Below are positions 8,998-18,643 of a stretch of 64,000 bases of DNA, one piece after another. Source of the DNA: Candidatus Zymogenus saltonus (lineage in GTDB: Bacteria; Desulfobacterota; Zymogenia; Zymogenales; Zymogenaceae); the NCBI GenBank assembly GCA_016929395.1, contig JAFGIX010000086.1, forward strand, positions 40,819 to 104,818, read 5' to 3'. Below the pieces are notes generated by a model that searched no databases, was not told the origin of the DNA, and saw only the letters and a list, made by a program, of their open reading frames with translations. How positions within the stretch are numbered: the first letter of the stretch is position 1; the number at the start of each line of letters is the position of its first letter. Both the position numbers and the translations under genes were made by a program.

Positions 8998-9786
8998 CTA
9001 ATCGCTTGCCTCCTCGAAATGCTGGTGGCAGATAACGTGCTGGGAGCTTCCGAAGTAGCCGCTCATTTCTTCCGACATGCAGAATTCGCTTCCCTCGCCG
9101 AAGAAAAGCTGTTTCCTGTTGATGAAGAGGATCTTGTTGTTGTTTATCCCCATCCCGGAGATGTCGTGGTTGATCAGGACAATCGTCGCCCCCCCCTCGT
9201 TCAGCTCGTCGATTATATTGAAGAAATCCTCCCTCACCCTCGGCTCGACGGCGGACGTGGGCTCGTCCAGAAAGATTATGTCGGAGTTTGCGATCAAGGC
9301 CCGGGCAAGAATCACCCTCTGGAGCTGGCCGCCGGAGATCTCCCCTATCCTTCTGTTCATCAGATAGGAGATCCCCAGCTTCTCGAATGCCTCGCCGATC
9401 CTCTCGTTTTTCGACCGCCCGAATCCGTCCCGCCTCCTTTCACGCCCCCCAAGCACCATGAGCCTCATCGACGCCACCTCCCTTGCCGTAGCGGGAAAGT
9501 AGGGATCGAAAAAGAGGAGTTTCTGGGGTACGTAGGCGATCCTCTCCCAGTCCTCGAACTTGCCGATGTCCTCACCGAAGAGTTTAACGGAGCCGGACCC
9601 GGCATTGAGAATTCCCAATATTGTTTTCATCAGCGTCGTCTTCCCGGAGCCGTTGGGGCCAATCACCCAGAGGTAGTCCCCGCCGACAAGCGAGAAGTCG
9701 ATCCCCTCAAGGATCGTCTCGTGATTGTAGCTGTAGGAGAGGTTCGATACCTCGAGGACCTTGTCGGAATTGGTCTTTCTTTCCAT
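8998..9786 (-). CDS. znuC: Zinc ABC transporter ATP-binding protein
   Basis: 262 aa. Walker A GPNGSGKTT, signature SGGQLQRV, Walker B IIFLDEPTSAVE. Its start overlaps the znuA stop (ATGA-type junction at 9786). Confidence 0.88.
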   Translation of the reverse strand: MERKTNSDKVLEVSNLSYSYNHETILEGIDFSLVGGDYLWVIGPNGSGKTTLMKTILGILNAGSGSVKLFGEDIGKFEDWERIAYVPQKLLFFDPYFPATAREVASMRLMVLGGRERRRDGFGRSKNERIGEAFEKLGISYLMNRRIGEISGGQLQRVILARALIANSDIIFLDEPTSAVEPRVREDFFNIIDELNEGGATIVLINHDISGMGINNNKILFINRKQLFFGEGSEFCMSEEMSGYFGSSQHVICHQHFEEASD

Positions 9787-10817
9787 TATTTACACTCTAT
9801 CCCCATTTTGAACTTTTCGAGGTTGTCCTTCATTATATCAATAAACGAAATCCCCGATTCGAGCGCCTTTAACTGGACGTTCCCGGCCGGGTTGACGATG
9901 AGTATCTCGGCGCCCGTCTCCTCCTTTATGGTCTTTGCCATCCTCGGGTCCAAGAGCTCCTCCGCAAAGATATACTTGATCCCTTTGTCCTTTATAATCT
10001 GAACCATCTCGGAAAGCTCTTTCGGCGAGGGCTCCGCATCGTGGGATACGCCGAAGACGGAATGGTAGCCCAGGCCGTAGCGTCTCGCCATATATCCGAA
10101 GGCGAAGTGCCCCGAAGAAGCGATGTCTTTTGCGCCGCAGTCGGTAAAAGCATCCTTGTAGAGCACATCCAGCTCCGCAAGTTTACCGCTGTAGGCCTTT
10201 GCCCTCTCTTCGTAGAGAGCGGAGTTGCCCGGATCGGCCTCCCTATAGGCCTTGAGGACGTTGTCCACCTGTATCTTTGCGTTGGTAAAATCGAGCCAGA
10301 AGTGAGGGTCTATCCCCCCGGGATGTTCGTGGTTCTCGTGTTTTTCCCCTTCATGTTCATCGTGTACATCGTGGCCGCCGTGTTTATCCGATACCACAAG
10401 CGGCGTAATCCCGATGCTTGCATCGACGACTATCAGGTCGCTGTTATCTATCCCGGAGAGGATATTTTCGAGCCAGGGCTCCATTCCAGCTCCGTTGAAG
10501 ACGAAAATATCGGCGCCCTCTATCGTCTGAATGTCCTTGGGGGTCGGCTCGAAGGAATGGGGGGAAAGCCCGGCGGGCAAGAGCAGGGTGACCTCGGCCT
10601 GATCGCCCCCTACCTCTCTGGAGAACTCGTATAGGGGAAAGATGCTCGCCACGACCTTGATTTTTTCTTTCGTATCTCCAGTATCTTCCGGTACGTTCAA
10701 CGACTTCTCCCTATCCCCGCAGGAAGAGAGAAACAGCATCGAGGAGAAAACGAGAATGAGTGTGAACAGTCCCAAAATAGACGCTTTGTTCTTAAATTTT
10801 TCCCTTTTGATAATCAT
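9786..10817 (-). CDS. znuA: Periplasmic zinc-binding lipoprotein (TroA/ZnuA family) with His-rich loop
   Basis: 343 aa. Lipobox LSSCG. Acidic and His-rich loop DKHGGHDVHDEHEGEKHENHEHPGGIDPHFW, characteristic of ZnuA. Confidence 0.88.
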   Translation of the reverse strand: MIIKREKFKNKASILGLFTLILVFSSMLFLSSCGDREKSLNVPEDTGDTKEKIKVVASIFPLYEFSREVGGDQAEVTLLLPAGLSPHSFEPTPKDIQTIEGADIFVFNGAGMEPWLENILSGIDNSDLIVVDASIGITPLVVSDKHGGHDVHDEHEGEKHENHEHPGGIDPHFWLDFTNAKIQVDNVLKAYREADPGNSALYEERAKAYSGKLAELDVLYKDAFTDCGAKDIASSGHFAFGYMARRYGLGYHSVFGVSHDAEPSPKELSEMVQIIKDKGIKYIFAEELLDPRMAKTIKEETGAEILIVNPAGNVQLKALESGISFIDIMKDNLEKFKMGIECK

Positions 10818-10839
10818 GTCAACCTCTTAAAATATTGTA

Positions 10840-11283
10840 TTATTCTTTAATACTGCATGCTGGGCAAAGCCCCACAATAAATAAATTCTCCCTCTCCACG
10901 AGGTAGCCCTCTTGCTCAAGATCAATATCGATACGTGGAAAGGCGGTCATCTTGAGGCATTCCATCCGGCCGCAGGTACGGCACGTGAAGTGCGGATGCG
11001 CGCCTTCCCCCCTGTTTATGGCGAAGTGATAGATGTTATCCGATCCCTCGATCTTATGGACAACCTCCCTCTCGAACAACGCGTTGAGGGTGCGGTAGAC
11101 CGAGGCGGGGTCAACGGCGTCATCCCCCATCTTATCCAACAGCTCCTTGCCGGTCAGGGGGCGCACCGATTTTATCAAGACCTCGAGAATCTTGATCCTC
11201 CCCAGGGTCCTCTTTAATCCACTGTTCCTCAAGATAACCGCAGGATCGCTTGAAGTAATTTCTTTTTCTCCGATATTCTTCAT
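10840..11283 (-). CDS. zur: Fur-family metalloregulator, Zur by context
   Basis: 147 aa. Winged-helix N-terminus. HPHFTCRTCGRMEC and GLCPAC form two CxxC pairs. It lies directly upstream of znuACB. Confidence 0.8.
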   Translation of the reverse strand: MKNIGEKEITSSDPAVILRNSGLKRTLGRIKILEVLIKSVRPLTGKELLDKMGDDAVDPASVYRTLNALFEREVVHKIEGSDNIYHFAINRGEGAHPHFTCRTCGRMECLKMTAFPRIDIDLEQEGYLVERENLFIVGLCPACSIKE

Positions 11284-11498
11284 AACTTGAAGTTCCTCTT
11301 GAATTTTAAGGCACTACAATCATCTCCCGCTGTCACAACTCAAACAGATTTCAAGATCGATCATCCACGCCGAATACCTGTTTGACTTACTTTTACCCCG
11401 ACTCATTTTAATCTGATTTATTATTGCCTTAACTTATGATTATCCCAAAATATTAATGTTTCAAAATGCTATTCCCTAATTAATTTTCCTAAAACCTA

Positions 11499-11960
11499 TT
11501 GCCGCCCTACCCTATTTTTGCCCCAACCCACAATCACTCTACCCAGTATCTCCCCAACTCATCACCGCCCTGCCCCATCATCACCCCAACCTGTCACCAT
11601 CACAATACACGACCACCCCGACCCACGACTCGTCATCGCCCCGACCCACCATTGTTCAATCTTTTAGTATCCTATACTATTATTACCATTGCTCCGACTT
11701 GCCATCGCCCTGATTTACTATTACACAAACCCACCACAGCCCCAACCCATTATTGCCCCAATCCACCACAGCCCCAACCCATTATTGCCCCAATCCGTCA
11801 TCGCCCCAACTTACTGTTTGTTGACCCACTCCATTTTTCCCCAAATCCGTCATCATTCCGACCGATCACCCCCCCGACCCATTATCGCCCCCCGAAATTG
11901 TTGTCCCCCTGTTGCAAGTATAATTATAGTGCATTTGCAAATGAATTGCAATAAAAAAAT
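11499..11960. repeat. Array of about 18 degenerate units of roughly 16-17 nt, (T/C)CATCGCCCC(A/G)A(C/T)CC-like, with a perfect 32-nt tandem duplication
   Basis: Read directly from the sequence. Units include tcatcgccccgaccca, ttattgccccaatcca, ccacagccccaaccca and tcatcgccccaactta. 11731-11762 is identical to 11763-11794. The region is C-rich on plus, hence G-rich on the strand of both flanking genes. Confidence 0.8.
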
Positions 11961-12161
11961 TGGGGGAAGTCGATTTTTTTGACCCGACATTTTTATGTTT
12001 CCCTTGTGGGAATCGACTTGGAGAGAATTCAGCCGGAAATATTTAAAAGAGGCTTGAAATGGAGAAGCGTTCTCAACGCAATGTGAATTTGGCGATTTAA
12101 AAAAGACAAATATGGCAAAGACAAAAAAAGGCGGATTGGATTGTAAAGCGGAAAAGCCCAG

Positions 12162-13571
12162 TTACTTCTTTTTTGCCTCCCAGCCCACGAGCTCGATAGT
12201 GCTGCTCCTCAATCCCCCGTAAAAGGTATTCGTGTCCCCATACATGCCCTCGATGGTCAGAAACGTCGTGCTGCCGAGGGAATCCGTCTCGCTGTCCGGG
12301 ATGTCCGCCGGATTGATCCCTATATCCATTGGAACAATGGAGAACCTGAACCTCCCCTTTTCGTTTATCTTGGCGATGTCGTCCCCGTCCGATTTAAAGG
12401 CTTTGTTTTCTATCTTATATTTGACGTCGTAATCGACTTCCCTGAGATAGGTGATTCTGCCGGGAACGTAATAGAGAAAGGTCCTGTACTGCTCGAAGGC
12501 ATCCTCTTTGGAGGATATATCGAGGGTCAAGTCTTTGACCGACATCCCCTCGACGTTCAGCTCTATCTCGACTACGTGCGTTTTGCCGGACCCCGTCTTA
12601 TATAGAGTTTTACCTATGTATTTTCCGGTAAGGTCGTCGGGCAACAGGACATCCGGCTTCACCTTTATCATATAGGCGTCCTCGAGGACCCATTTTTCGG
12701 GAGGGATGAAGTAATCGAGAACATACTGTCTGTTAATATATCCGTAATAGCCGAGGGCGATAACGACGGCGAGGTAGACGAACTTCGCGATGGGGCCGGA
12801 GAGTATTCCGCTTTTCGCCTTTCTGCCGGCGTAGAGCTGACTTGCCTTGTTGTAGGCCTCCCTCTCGATGCTCGACGACCCGTCCACGGTATATGTGGTC
12901 TTGGACTCCACGTTTCCTATTTTTCTCTTTTGGCCTATGTCGTCCGGCATCGTTCCCACGTCTTCGGGCCTGTAGTCGTACTGAGGCTGGTACTCCTCCT
13001 TCCTCTTGGATTCAGCATACGAGAAATCTTCGAGATCGCTCTGCGTTTCCGAAGCACCGTGGGAAAGCCAGGAGGCCTCTTCTTCCGCCGGAGGAGGCGG
13101 CGCTGGACCCACCGCCGGCGAAACGGCATCATCGTGACGGGATATCCAAGACGAAACGCTCTCATCGGGCGGTGCCACTTCTATCCCCGACCTCTCCTTT
13201 TCGGTCAGGGCGGAGTCCCTCACAATCCAGGATGATTCAGTCCCACCCACCCCCGGCGCAGGCCGGCGCGGGGGTTCGGCGGGCTTCGCCTTCGGGGGAA
13301 TTCCACCCGGCTCCCCCTTATCACTTACCACCTTGATCCTCTTTAGAGTGACCTCCCCCCCCATTTTCCTGATCTCGATCCCTATTTTTTTGGCCCTCTC
13401 GAGATCGTAGCTCCCCACCCTCGCCGGGAGCCTCTTGCTGAATCCGAGGACCTTCTCCATGGGAAGCTTAAAGCGGACCGACAGCCTTTTAGCAAATTCC
13501 TCCACCTGCTCCGGGGTTTTGCCCATCGAATCAATGTAAACGGCTATCTTTTCCTGTGCCCCGTTTGTCAT
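12162..13571 (-). CDS. Hypothetical single-pass membrane protein (small N-terminal alpha/beta domain, Pro-rich linker, TM, C-terminal domain)
   Basis: 469 aa. TM segment FVYLAVVIALGYYGYI. Pro-rich stretch PPKAKPAEPPRRPAPG. I recognise no catalytic motif. Confidence 0.6.
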   Translation of the reverse strand: MTNGAQEKIAVYIDSMGKTPEQVEEFAKRLSVRFKLPMEKVLGFSKRLPARVGSYDLERAKKIGIEIRKMGGEVTLKRIKVVSDKGEPGGIPPKAKPAEPPRRPAPGVGGTESSWIVRDSALTEKERSGIEVAPPDESVSSWISRHDDAVSPAVGPAPPPPAEEEASWLSHGASETQSDLEDFSYAESKRKEEYQPQYDYRPEDVGTMPDDIGQKRKIGNVESKTTYTVDGSSSIEREAYNKASQLYAGRKAKSGILSGPIAKFVYLAVVIALGYYGYINRQYVLDYFIPPEKWVLEDAYMIKVKPDVLLPDDLTGKYIGKTLYKTGSGKTHVVEIELNVEGMSVKDLTLDISSKEDAFEQYRTFLYYVPGRITYLREVDYDVKYKIENKAFKSDGDDIAKINEKGRFRFSIVPMDIGINPADIPDSETDSLGSTTFLTIEGMYGDTNTFYGGLRSSTIELVGWEAKKK

Positions 13572-13932
13572 CTTGACTTCATAAAAAGTTATTTAACAAT
13601 TCTCTACAATCTATTTTGAGACGGCTCCCCATCTCAATATTTATCTTATGATTTATTTTTTGATATGTCAATACTCTATCAATATTCTATCAAGACTCTA
13701 CTAAAACGGGGAATTTTTTCAGATCGATTTCACATTATTTTTGCCTCGCAACCGAACAAAGGAGGCGACGGGAAAGGTCGGGGCATAAAAAACATTTTCT
13801 TCGCGCCCCTTAAATCCTTGACTTTTCCCCTCTCTTGCTGTACTAAATAAATCTAACATTTCAATATTTCCAAATTGCCAAATTGCCAAATTGCAATTAC
13901 CGAAGACGGCGCTAACGAAAGGTCAGGTTCAA

Positions 13933-15711
13933 ATGAAAGACAGCTTCACGAGATATTCCAACTCCTTCATCAATACCAGGAGGGAAGATCCCGGGGATGC
14001 GGAGATTCCCTCCCACAGGCTTCTCCTCAGGGGGGGGTTCATTAGGCAGGTGACAGCAGGGGTCTTCGACTTTACGCCCTTGGCGTTTAAGGTCATGACC
14101 AGGATAATGGCCATAATAAGAGACGAGATGAACGGGATCGGCGGCCAGGAGGTTCTGATGCCCGTTCTCAATCCCGCCTCCCTCTGGATCGAGTCCGAGC
14201 GGTACAACGTCATGGGGCCGGAGCTGATCAGATTCAAGGACCGCCGCGGGACGGGCATGTGTCTCGCCATGACCAACGAGGAGACGGTAACGGACCTGGC
14301 CAGGGGTTACGTCTCGTCATACCGGGACCTCCCCTTTATGCTCTACCACATCCAGACGAAGATAAGAGACGAGGCGAGACCGAGGGGCGGTCTTGTCCGG
14401 GTCAGGGAGTTCCTGATGAAGGACGCGTACAGCTTCCACAGGAGTGTCGCGGACCTCTCCGAGTATTATGTGGATGTCTACGAGGCGTACGGCAGGATAT
14501 TTGCGAGAATGGCGCTCCCTTCGGTGCCGGTGGAGGCGGACAGCGGGGCGATGGGGGGGAGCGCCTCCCACGAGTTCATCCTGCCCACCGAGTGGGGTGA
14601 GGACACCTTTGCCAGTTGTAACGTATGCGGCATGAGCGCCAACGTGGAGCGGGCCGAGGTGATCACCGCAAAAGCCGATGAACCCGCGAAGCACCCGGGG
14701 CCGGAAAAGGTCCACACCCCGAACATGACGACGATCGACGACCTGAAGTCGTTTTTCGGGATCGAAAACGACCGGTTCCTTAAGGCGGTTGCCTATAGCT
14801 ATGACGACGGTGAAGGTTCCGGCCACAAGATAGTTATCGTCTTTATCAACGGCGCCTACGAGGTCAACGAGACGAAGCTCACAAACAGACTTGGCGCGAT
14901 TGAGCTCGATGTCGCCGACCCGAAGGCCCTGGAGGAGCTGGGGATCGTTCCGGGATTTATCTCGCCCCGGGTAGCGGGGAAGAAGGGCGTTACCGTGATA
15001 TTCGACAAGACCGTCCTGTCCCAGCCGGTATATATCGTCGGCGGGGACGAGATCGACTACCACATCAAGAACTTCGTCCCGGGAAGGGATTTTGTGATCG
15101 ATACGACCATAGACTTGGCCACAGTCAGGGAGGGCGACCCCTGTCCGAGCTGCGTGGAGACAGGCGGGAAGACGACAGGGAAGATCACCCTTAAACGGGG
15201 GATCGAGCTCGGCCACACCTTTCAGCTGGGCAGGCGCTACTCGAAGGTCATGGGGCTAAAATATCTGAGCGAGGAGGGAAAGGAGGAGACGGTGGTCATG
15301 GGGTGCTACGGGATCGGCGTGGAGCGGGCGATGGCGAGCATCGTGGAGGCTCACCACGACGACAGGGGAATAATCTGGCCCGTGAGCGTAGCCCCGTTTG
15401 ACCTCGTTGTCCTTCCTCTCGGGGCGGATGACGTGGTCAAAGGCGTTGCTCTTGAGGTCGCGAAAAGTTTGGGCGATGGTTTCGAGGTGATCCTCGACGA
15501 CAGGGAGGAGACCGCCGGTGTGAAGTTTGCGGACAGCGAATTGCTGGGTTTCCCGTTGAGGGTCGTTGTCAGCAAGAAACTTGTGGAGAAGGGGGAGGTG
15601 GAAATAAAGGTCAGGAGGAGCGGAGAGGTGGTCGTTGTAAAGAAAGAGAAGGCGGTCGACGAGGTTAGGTCTTTGTTGGAAAAACTGGCAATGGAAGAGG
15701 GAGGAAACTAA
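13933..15711 (+). CDS. proS: Prolyl-tRNA synthetase (bacterial type with editing insertion)
   Basis: The class II aaRS motifs and overall ProS architecture are recognisable (FRDE-type block IRDEARPRGGLVRVREF, GCYGIGVER). Start taken at ATG 13933 (MKDSF..). The ORF track opens at an upstream TTG at 13891. Confidence 0.9.
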   Translation: MKDSFTRYSNSFINTRREDPGDAEIPSHRLLLRGGFIRQVTAGVFDFTPLAFKVMTRIMAIIRDEMNGIGGQEVLMPVLNPASLWIESERYNVMGPELIRFKDRRGTGMCLAMTNEETVTDLARGYVSSYRDLPFMLYHIQTKIRDEARPRGGLVRVREFLMKDAYSFHRSVADLSEYYVDVYEAYGRIFARMALPSVPVEADSGAMGGSASHEFILPTEWGEDTFASCNVCGMSANVERAEVITAKADEPAKHPGPEKVHTPNMTTIDDLKSFFGIENDRFLKAVAYSYDDGEGSGHKIVIVFINGAYEVNETKLTNRLGAIELDVADPKALEELGIVPGFISPRVAGKKGVTVIFDKTVLSQPVYIVGGDEIDYHIKNFVPGRDFVIDTTIDLATVREGDPCPSCVETGGKTTGKITLKRGIELGHTFQLGRRYSKVMGLKYLSEEGKEETVVMGCYGIGVERAMASIVEAHHDDRGIIWPVSVAPFDLVVLPLGADDVVKGVALEVAKSLGDGFEVILDDREETAGVKFADSELLGFPLRVVVSKKLVEKGEVEIKVRRSGEVVVVKKEKAVDEVRSLLEKLAMEEGGN

Positions 15712-15712
15712 G

Positions 15713-16144
15713 ATGAAGGGTAAATATATTATTGTCTCGATTACGGTTCTCGTATTGTCCCTGGGAGCGCTTGTCTGGTCGATGGGCCAGGAGGAGGATG
15801 CCCAGACCCTCGATGAATATCTCGTGGGGACCGTCCTCTTAGACGAGAACGAGATGATCGATTTGAAGCCAGGGGATACGGCGGTCGTGGTGCTTGAGGA
15901 AAATCCGTCCACGGGATACCAGTGGGAAATAATCGTCGATCCCGAGGGGGCCCTGGTGGAGGTGGAGAAGCGGAGCTTTCAAAAGGGTGATAAAAAGCTG
16001 ATAGGCGCCCCGAATACGGCCGTATGGAAGTTCAGCCCTAAATTGGAGGGAAAGGCAAAGCTGACCTTCAACTACCTGCGCCCCTGGGAGGGGGAAGAGA
16101 GCATTGTAGAGACGGTTGTCTACAGGGTCAGGATTTCCGAGTAA
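15713..16144 (+). CDS. Chagasin-family (I42) cysteine-peptidase inhibitor with signal anchor
   Basis: 143 aa. It has the hallmark NPSTGYQW motif plus an RPW motif (LRPWEG) and a beta-rich pattern. Its ATG lies 1 nt after the proS stop. Confidence 0.7.
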   Translation: MKGKYIIVSITVLVLSLGALVWSMGQEEDAQTLDEYLVGTVLLDENEMIDLKPGDTAVVVLEENPSTGYQWEIIVDPEGALVEVEKRSFQKGDKKLIGAPNTAVWKFSPKLEGKAKLTFNYLRPWEGEESIVETVVYRVRISE

Positions 16145-16878
16145 ATCCCTCACCCGATAATTGTATTTGATTGCAGGGCTGCTGGATTTTTTTAGAGTTT
16201 CGCCCACAGCAAAGAGGCACCTGGGGCATCCCGGAGTTTCCTGTATTAATATTCCAATATCCCGTTTTACATTATCAATTCCTCTGATTAACGGCTCTGC
16301 TTTTTACCCTCCCCTCGTTTTGCAACCCCATTCGATTCTGCACTCGCCTCTTCCTAAAGGAGTTCTACGTTGCTCCCGCGCGGAGTTTTTTCTCCAGCCG
16401 GCGGCTGGAGGCGGCCTGACGGGAAATTTAAGTGGGGATGGAAAACAGCGTTGATGAATCCTTTTAGCATGTCTGATGCTTAAAAGAACCTTCTTTCGTG
16501 GAGCTTGAGATTATATAACGTAAATGAAAAATCCCCGAACCATCCCCGGGGATTTCGATTTTATCTTCTATTGGAGTTTAATATTGGAGTTTTGTGTTGG
16601 GATTATATATAGATTGTAGATTTATATGTCATTCCCTTGGAAAGCGGGAATCCATATTAGTATCCTTCTTTATTGAATAGCTGCCCCCGTCCTACACTCC
16701 CCACTTTCCCGTCAAATACATCCTTCACCCTTGCCGCCGTCCCATCTGCCCCCTTACCCCCCCGCCTTCCCGGTCTTGCATCCCCCCTCACGACCTTTCT
16801 TCCCAACCCTCAATACCTCCTTATTAATCCGCCCATCCAATTATTGGAGAACACCCCTCATCCCCACACTCATCTGCC

Positions 16879-17715
16879 CTATCTCTCCCCCACGCCCAGC
16901 CTCCTCTCCAGCCAGCGGCTCGAGGCGGTTAGGGGATAGCAGATAAAGAAGTAGACCACGGCGGCGAAGAAATAGAGCCCCATGGTTACATCGGTATTGA
17001 CCTCCCTGTTGCTCGTGGCGAAGATCGTCTGGGTGAACTCCATCACCCCCACGAACCAGAGGAGGGACGTGTCCTTGATCAGGCTCACGAACTGGTTTAC
17101 GAAAGACGGGATCATGTTTTTCAATGCCTGGGGGAGGATGATGTAGGTCATGGCCTGGGTGTGGGTCAGGCCGGTGGAGCGGGCTGCCTCCATCTGTCCC
17201 TTCCCCACAGACATTATTCCAGCCCTTACGATCTCCGCCAGGTACGCCCCGGTGAAACAGACGAAGGCTATTATGGCGTAGTAGACCCGGCTTACGTCCT
17301 TCAGTTGTTTTGAAAGCCCTGGGGGCAGAAAACAGAACCAGAAGATCACGAGTATAAGCGGGACGGCCCTGATGAGCTCTATGTAGCCGACTGCCGGGTA
17401 GCTGAGCCACCACCTCTTGCTGTATCGCATAAGGCCGAAGGCGATACCGGTAATAAAGGCCAGGGCGAGACTTACGGCGGCCACCAAGATCGTAAGCGTA
17501 ATCCCGCCGACCTTTCCCCGAAGGCCGAAGAGAAAGAACATCATATTGTTCGCTATGACCCTGTACGGATAGCTCTTGACAATCACCACAAAATTGCAGA
17601 AAAAATGAGTTATGCTTGAGAAGAATATCTCGGACAGGAACAACAAGATCAGGATTACAAGTGTAACCGTCTCGAGGACAATATTCGTCAGTCTCTTTGT
17701 GCGGGCGTGGGACAT
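16879..17715 (-). CDS. Polar amino-acid ABC transporter permease (His/Glu/Gln/Arg family)
   Basis: 278 aa. EAA-type loop GQMEAARSTGLTHTQAMTYIILPQAL. It abuts the upstream permease gene. Confidence 0.85.
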   Translation of the reverse strand: MSHARTKRLTNIVLETVTLVILILLFLSEIFFSSITHFFCNFVVIVKSYPYRVIANNMMFFLFGLRGKVGGITLTILVAAVSLALAFITGIAFGLMRYSKRWWLSYPAVGYIELIRAVPLILVIFWFCFLPPGLSKQLKDVSRVYYAIIAFVCFTGAYLAEIVRAGIMSVGKGQMEAARSTGLTHTQAMTYIILPQALKNMIPSFVNQFVSLIKDTSLLWFVGVMEFTQTIFATSNREVNTDVTMGLYFFAAVVYFFICYPLTASSRWLERRLGVGER

Positions 17716-17716
17716 A

Positions 17717-18595
17717 TCAGTACCTAATATATTTCAGGAAGTGCTTGTTATACTGGTTTATTGAAAACGAGATCAGAAGCGATAACGACAGATATATCAC
17801 GGTTGTGACCGTCAACGCCTCGAAGACCCTGTACGTTCCCTCGTAGAGGAATCTCGATGCGGCCATAAGCTCCACAACACCGATTGCCATGACCAGAGAT
17901 GAGTTCTTGGTCAGGTTCAGCGACTGGCTGATGAGGGGCGGAATCACGATCCTGAAGGCCTGAGGGAGGATGACAAGCCTCATGGCCTGAAGGAATGTGA
18001 GCCCCTGGGCCCTGGAGGCCTCCATCTGCTCCTTCGGGATAGATTGGATCCCCGCCCTTATCTCCTCGGCGATAAATGCGGACGTGTAGATGGAGAGCGC
18101 TATAACACCGTAGGCGAATTCCGTGCTTGTTTGACTGTAGAGCCATTTCTTGAAAAAATCGGGGAGCAGGGGGTCGGTGCCGTAATACCAGAAGAATATC
18201 TGAATGAGGAGCGGCGTGTTTCTCATGAACTCGATATAGGCCTTGGCGAAGATGTCGAGGACCTTTACCCTGCTCAGCCTGAAAACCGCAAGCAGAGTCC
18301 CCATGCTCATCGCTATGATAATAGAAATTAAGGATATCTTTATTGTGGTGTAGACACCCGATAAATATAGTTGAATATATGTAAGCTTGGTGGCCTTGAT
18401 ATAGTAGGTGTTGTATACGGCGTAGTTAAGCTCGTACTTGATCTCAATATTAAATACCCTGACAATCAGCAGCTTATACAGTACTAAATAACAAAAGAGG
18501 CCGATCGATATAAGGACGATCGGAATGACGATAAACCTGTACCGTTCGATAAAGATTGACGCTTCGACTTTTAGATCGTGGAGTTTTTTTGTCAT
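17717..18595 (-). CDS. Polar amino-acid ABC transporter permease
   Basis: 292 aa. EQMEASRAQGLTFLQAMRLVILPQAF. It has a long AT-rich N-terminal extension. Confidence 0.85.
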   Translation of the reverse strand: MTKKLHDLKVEASIFIERYRFIVIPIVLISIGLFCYLVLYKLLIVRVFNIEIKYELNYAVYNTYYIKATKLTYIQLYLSGVYTTIKISLISIIIAMSMGTLLAVFRLSRVKVLDIFAKAYIEFMRNTPLLIQIFFWYYGTDPLLPDFFKKWLYSQTSTEFAYGVIALSIYTSAFIAEEIRAGIQSIPKEQMEASRAQGLTFLQAMRLVILPQAFRIVIPPLISQSLNLTKNSSLVMAIGVVELMAASRFLYEGTYRVFEALTVTTVIYLSLSLLISFSINQYNKHFLKYIRY

Positions 18596-18643
18596 CTTAA
18601 AAAAATAAGGGGGAGATTGCTCCCCCCCTATTATGCGTTGATC

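Noticed and set aside
11731-11794. Possible CRISPR array (tandem repeats here and at 61296..61331)
   Set aside because: The repeats are directly adjacent with no unique spacers. There are only two copies and no cas genes anywhere in the window.
11499-11982. 151-aa and 97-aa Pro/His/Thr-rich ORFs. Similar ones lie at 16673..16946 and 23212..23790.
   Set aside because: They are translations of the C-rich intergenic repeat arrays. They have no RBS or start context and a periodic low-complexity sequence, so they are treated as non-coding repeats.
13572-13932. T-box or other riboswitch leader upstream of proS (also checked for trpS)
   Set aside because: I could not find the conserved T-box 14-mer, a specifier-loop arrangement or a terminator/antiterminator pair. 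trpS has only a 15-nt gap from the upstream gene, so it has no leader at all.
16381-16440. Short minus-strand stretch encoding ..QAASSRRLEKKLRAGAT*, resembling the C-terminus (..TASSRWLERRLGVGER*) of the permease at 16879..17715. The nucleotide word ctccagcc(g/a)gcggct(g/c)gaggcgg is shared.
   Set aside because: It is probably a relic of a former permease 3' end. Only about 18 codons are recognisable and an in-frame stop lies just upstream, which is too little to call a pseudogene.
16626-16655. REP-like hairpin gtcATTCCCttggaaagcGGGAATcc
   Set aside because: There is a single copy in the window. It may be a dispersed palindromic element, but one copy cannot support that.
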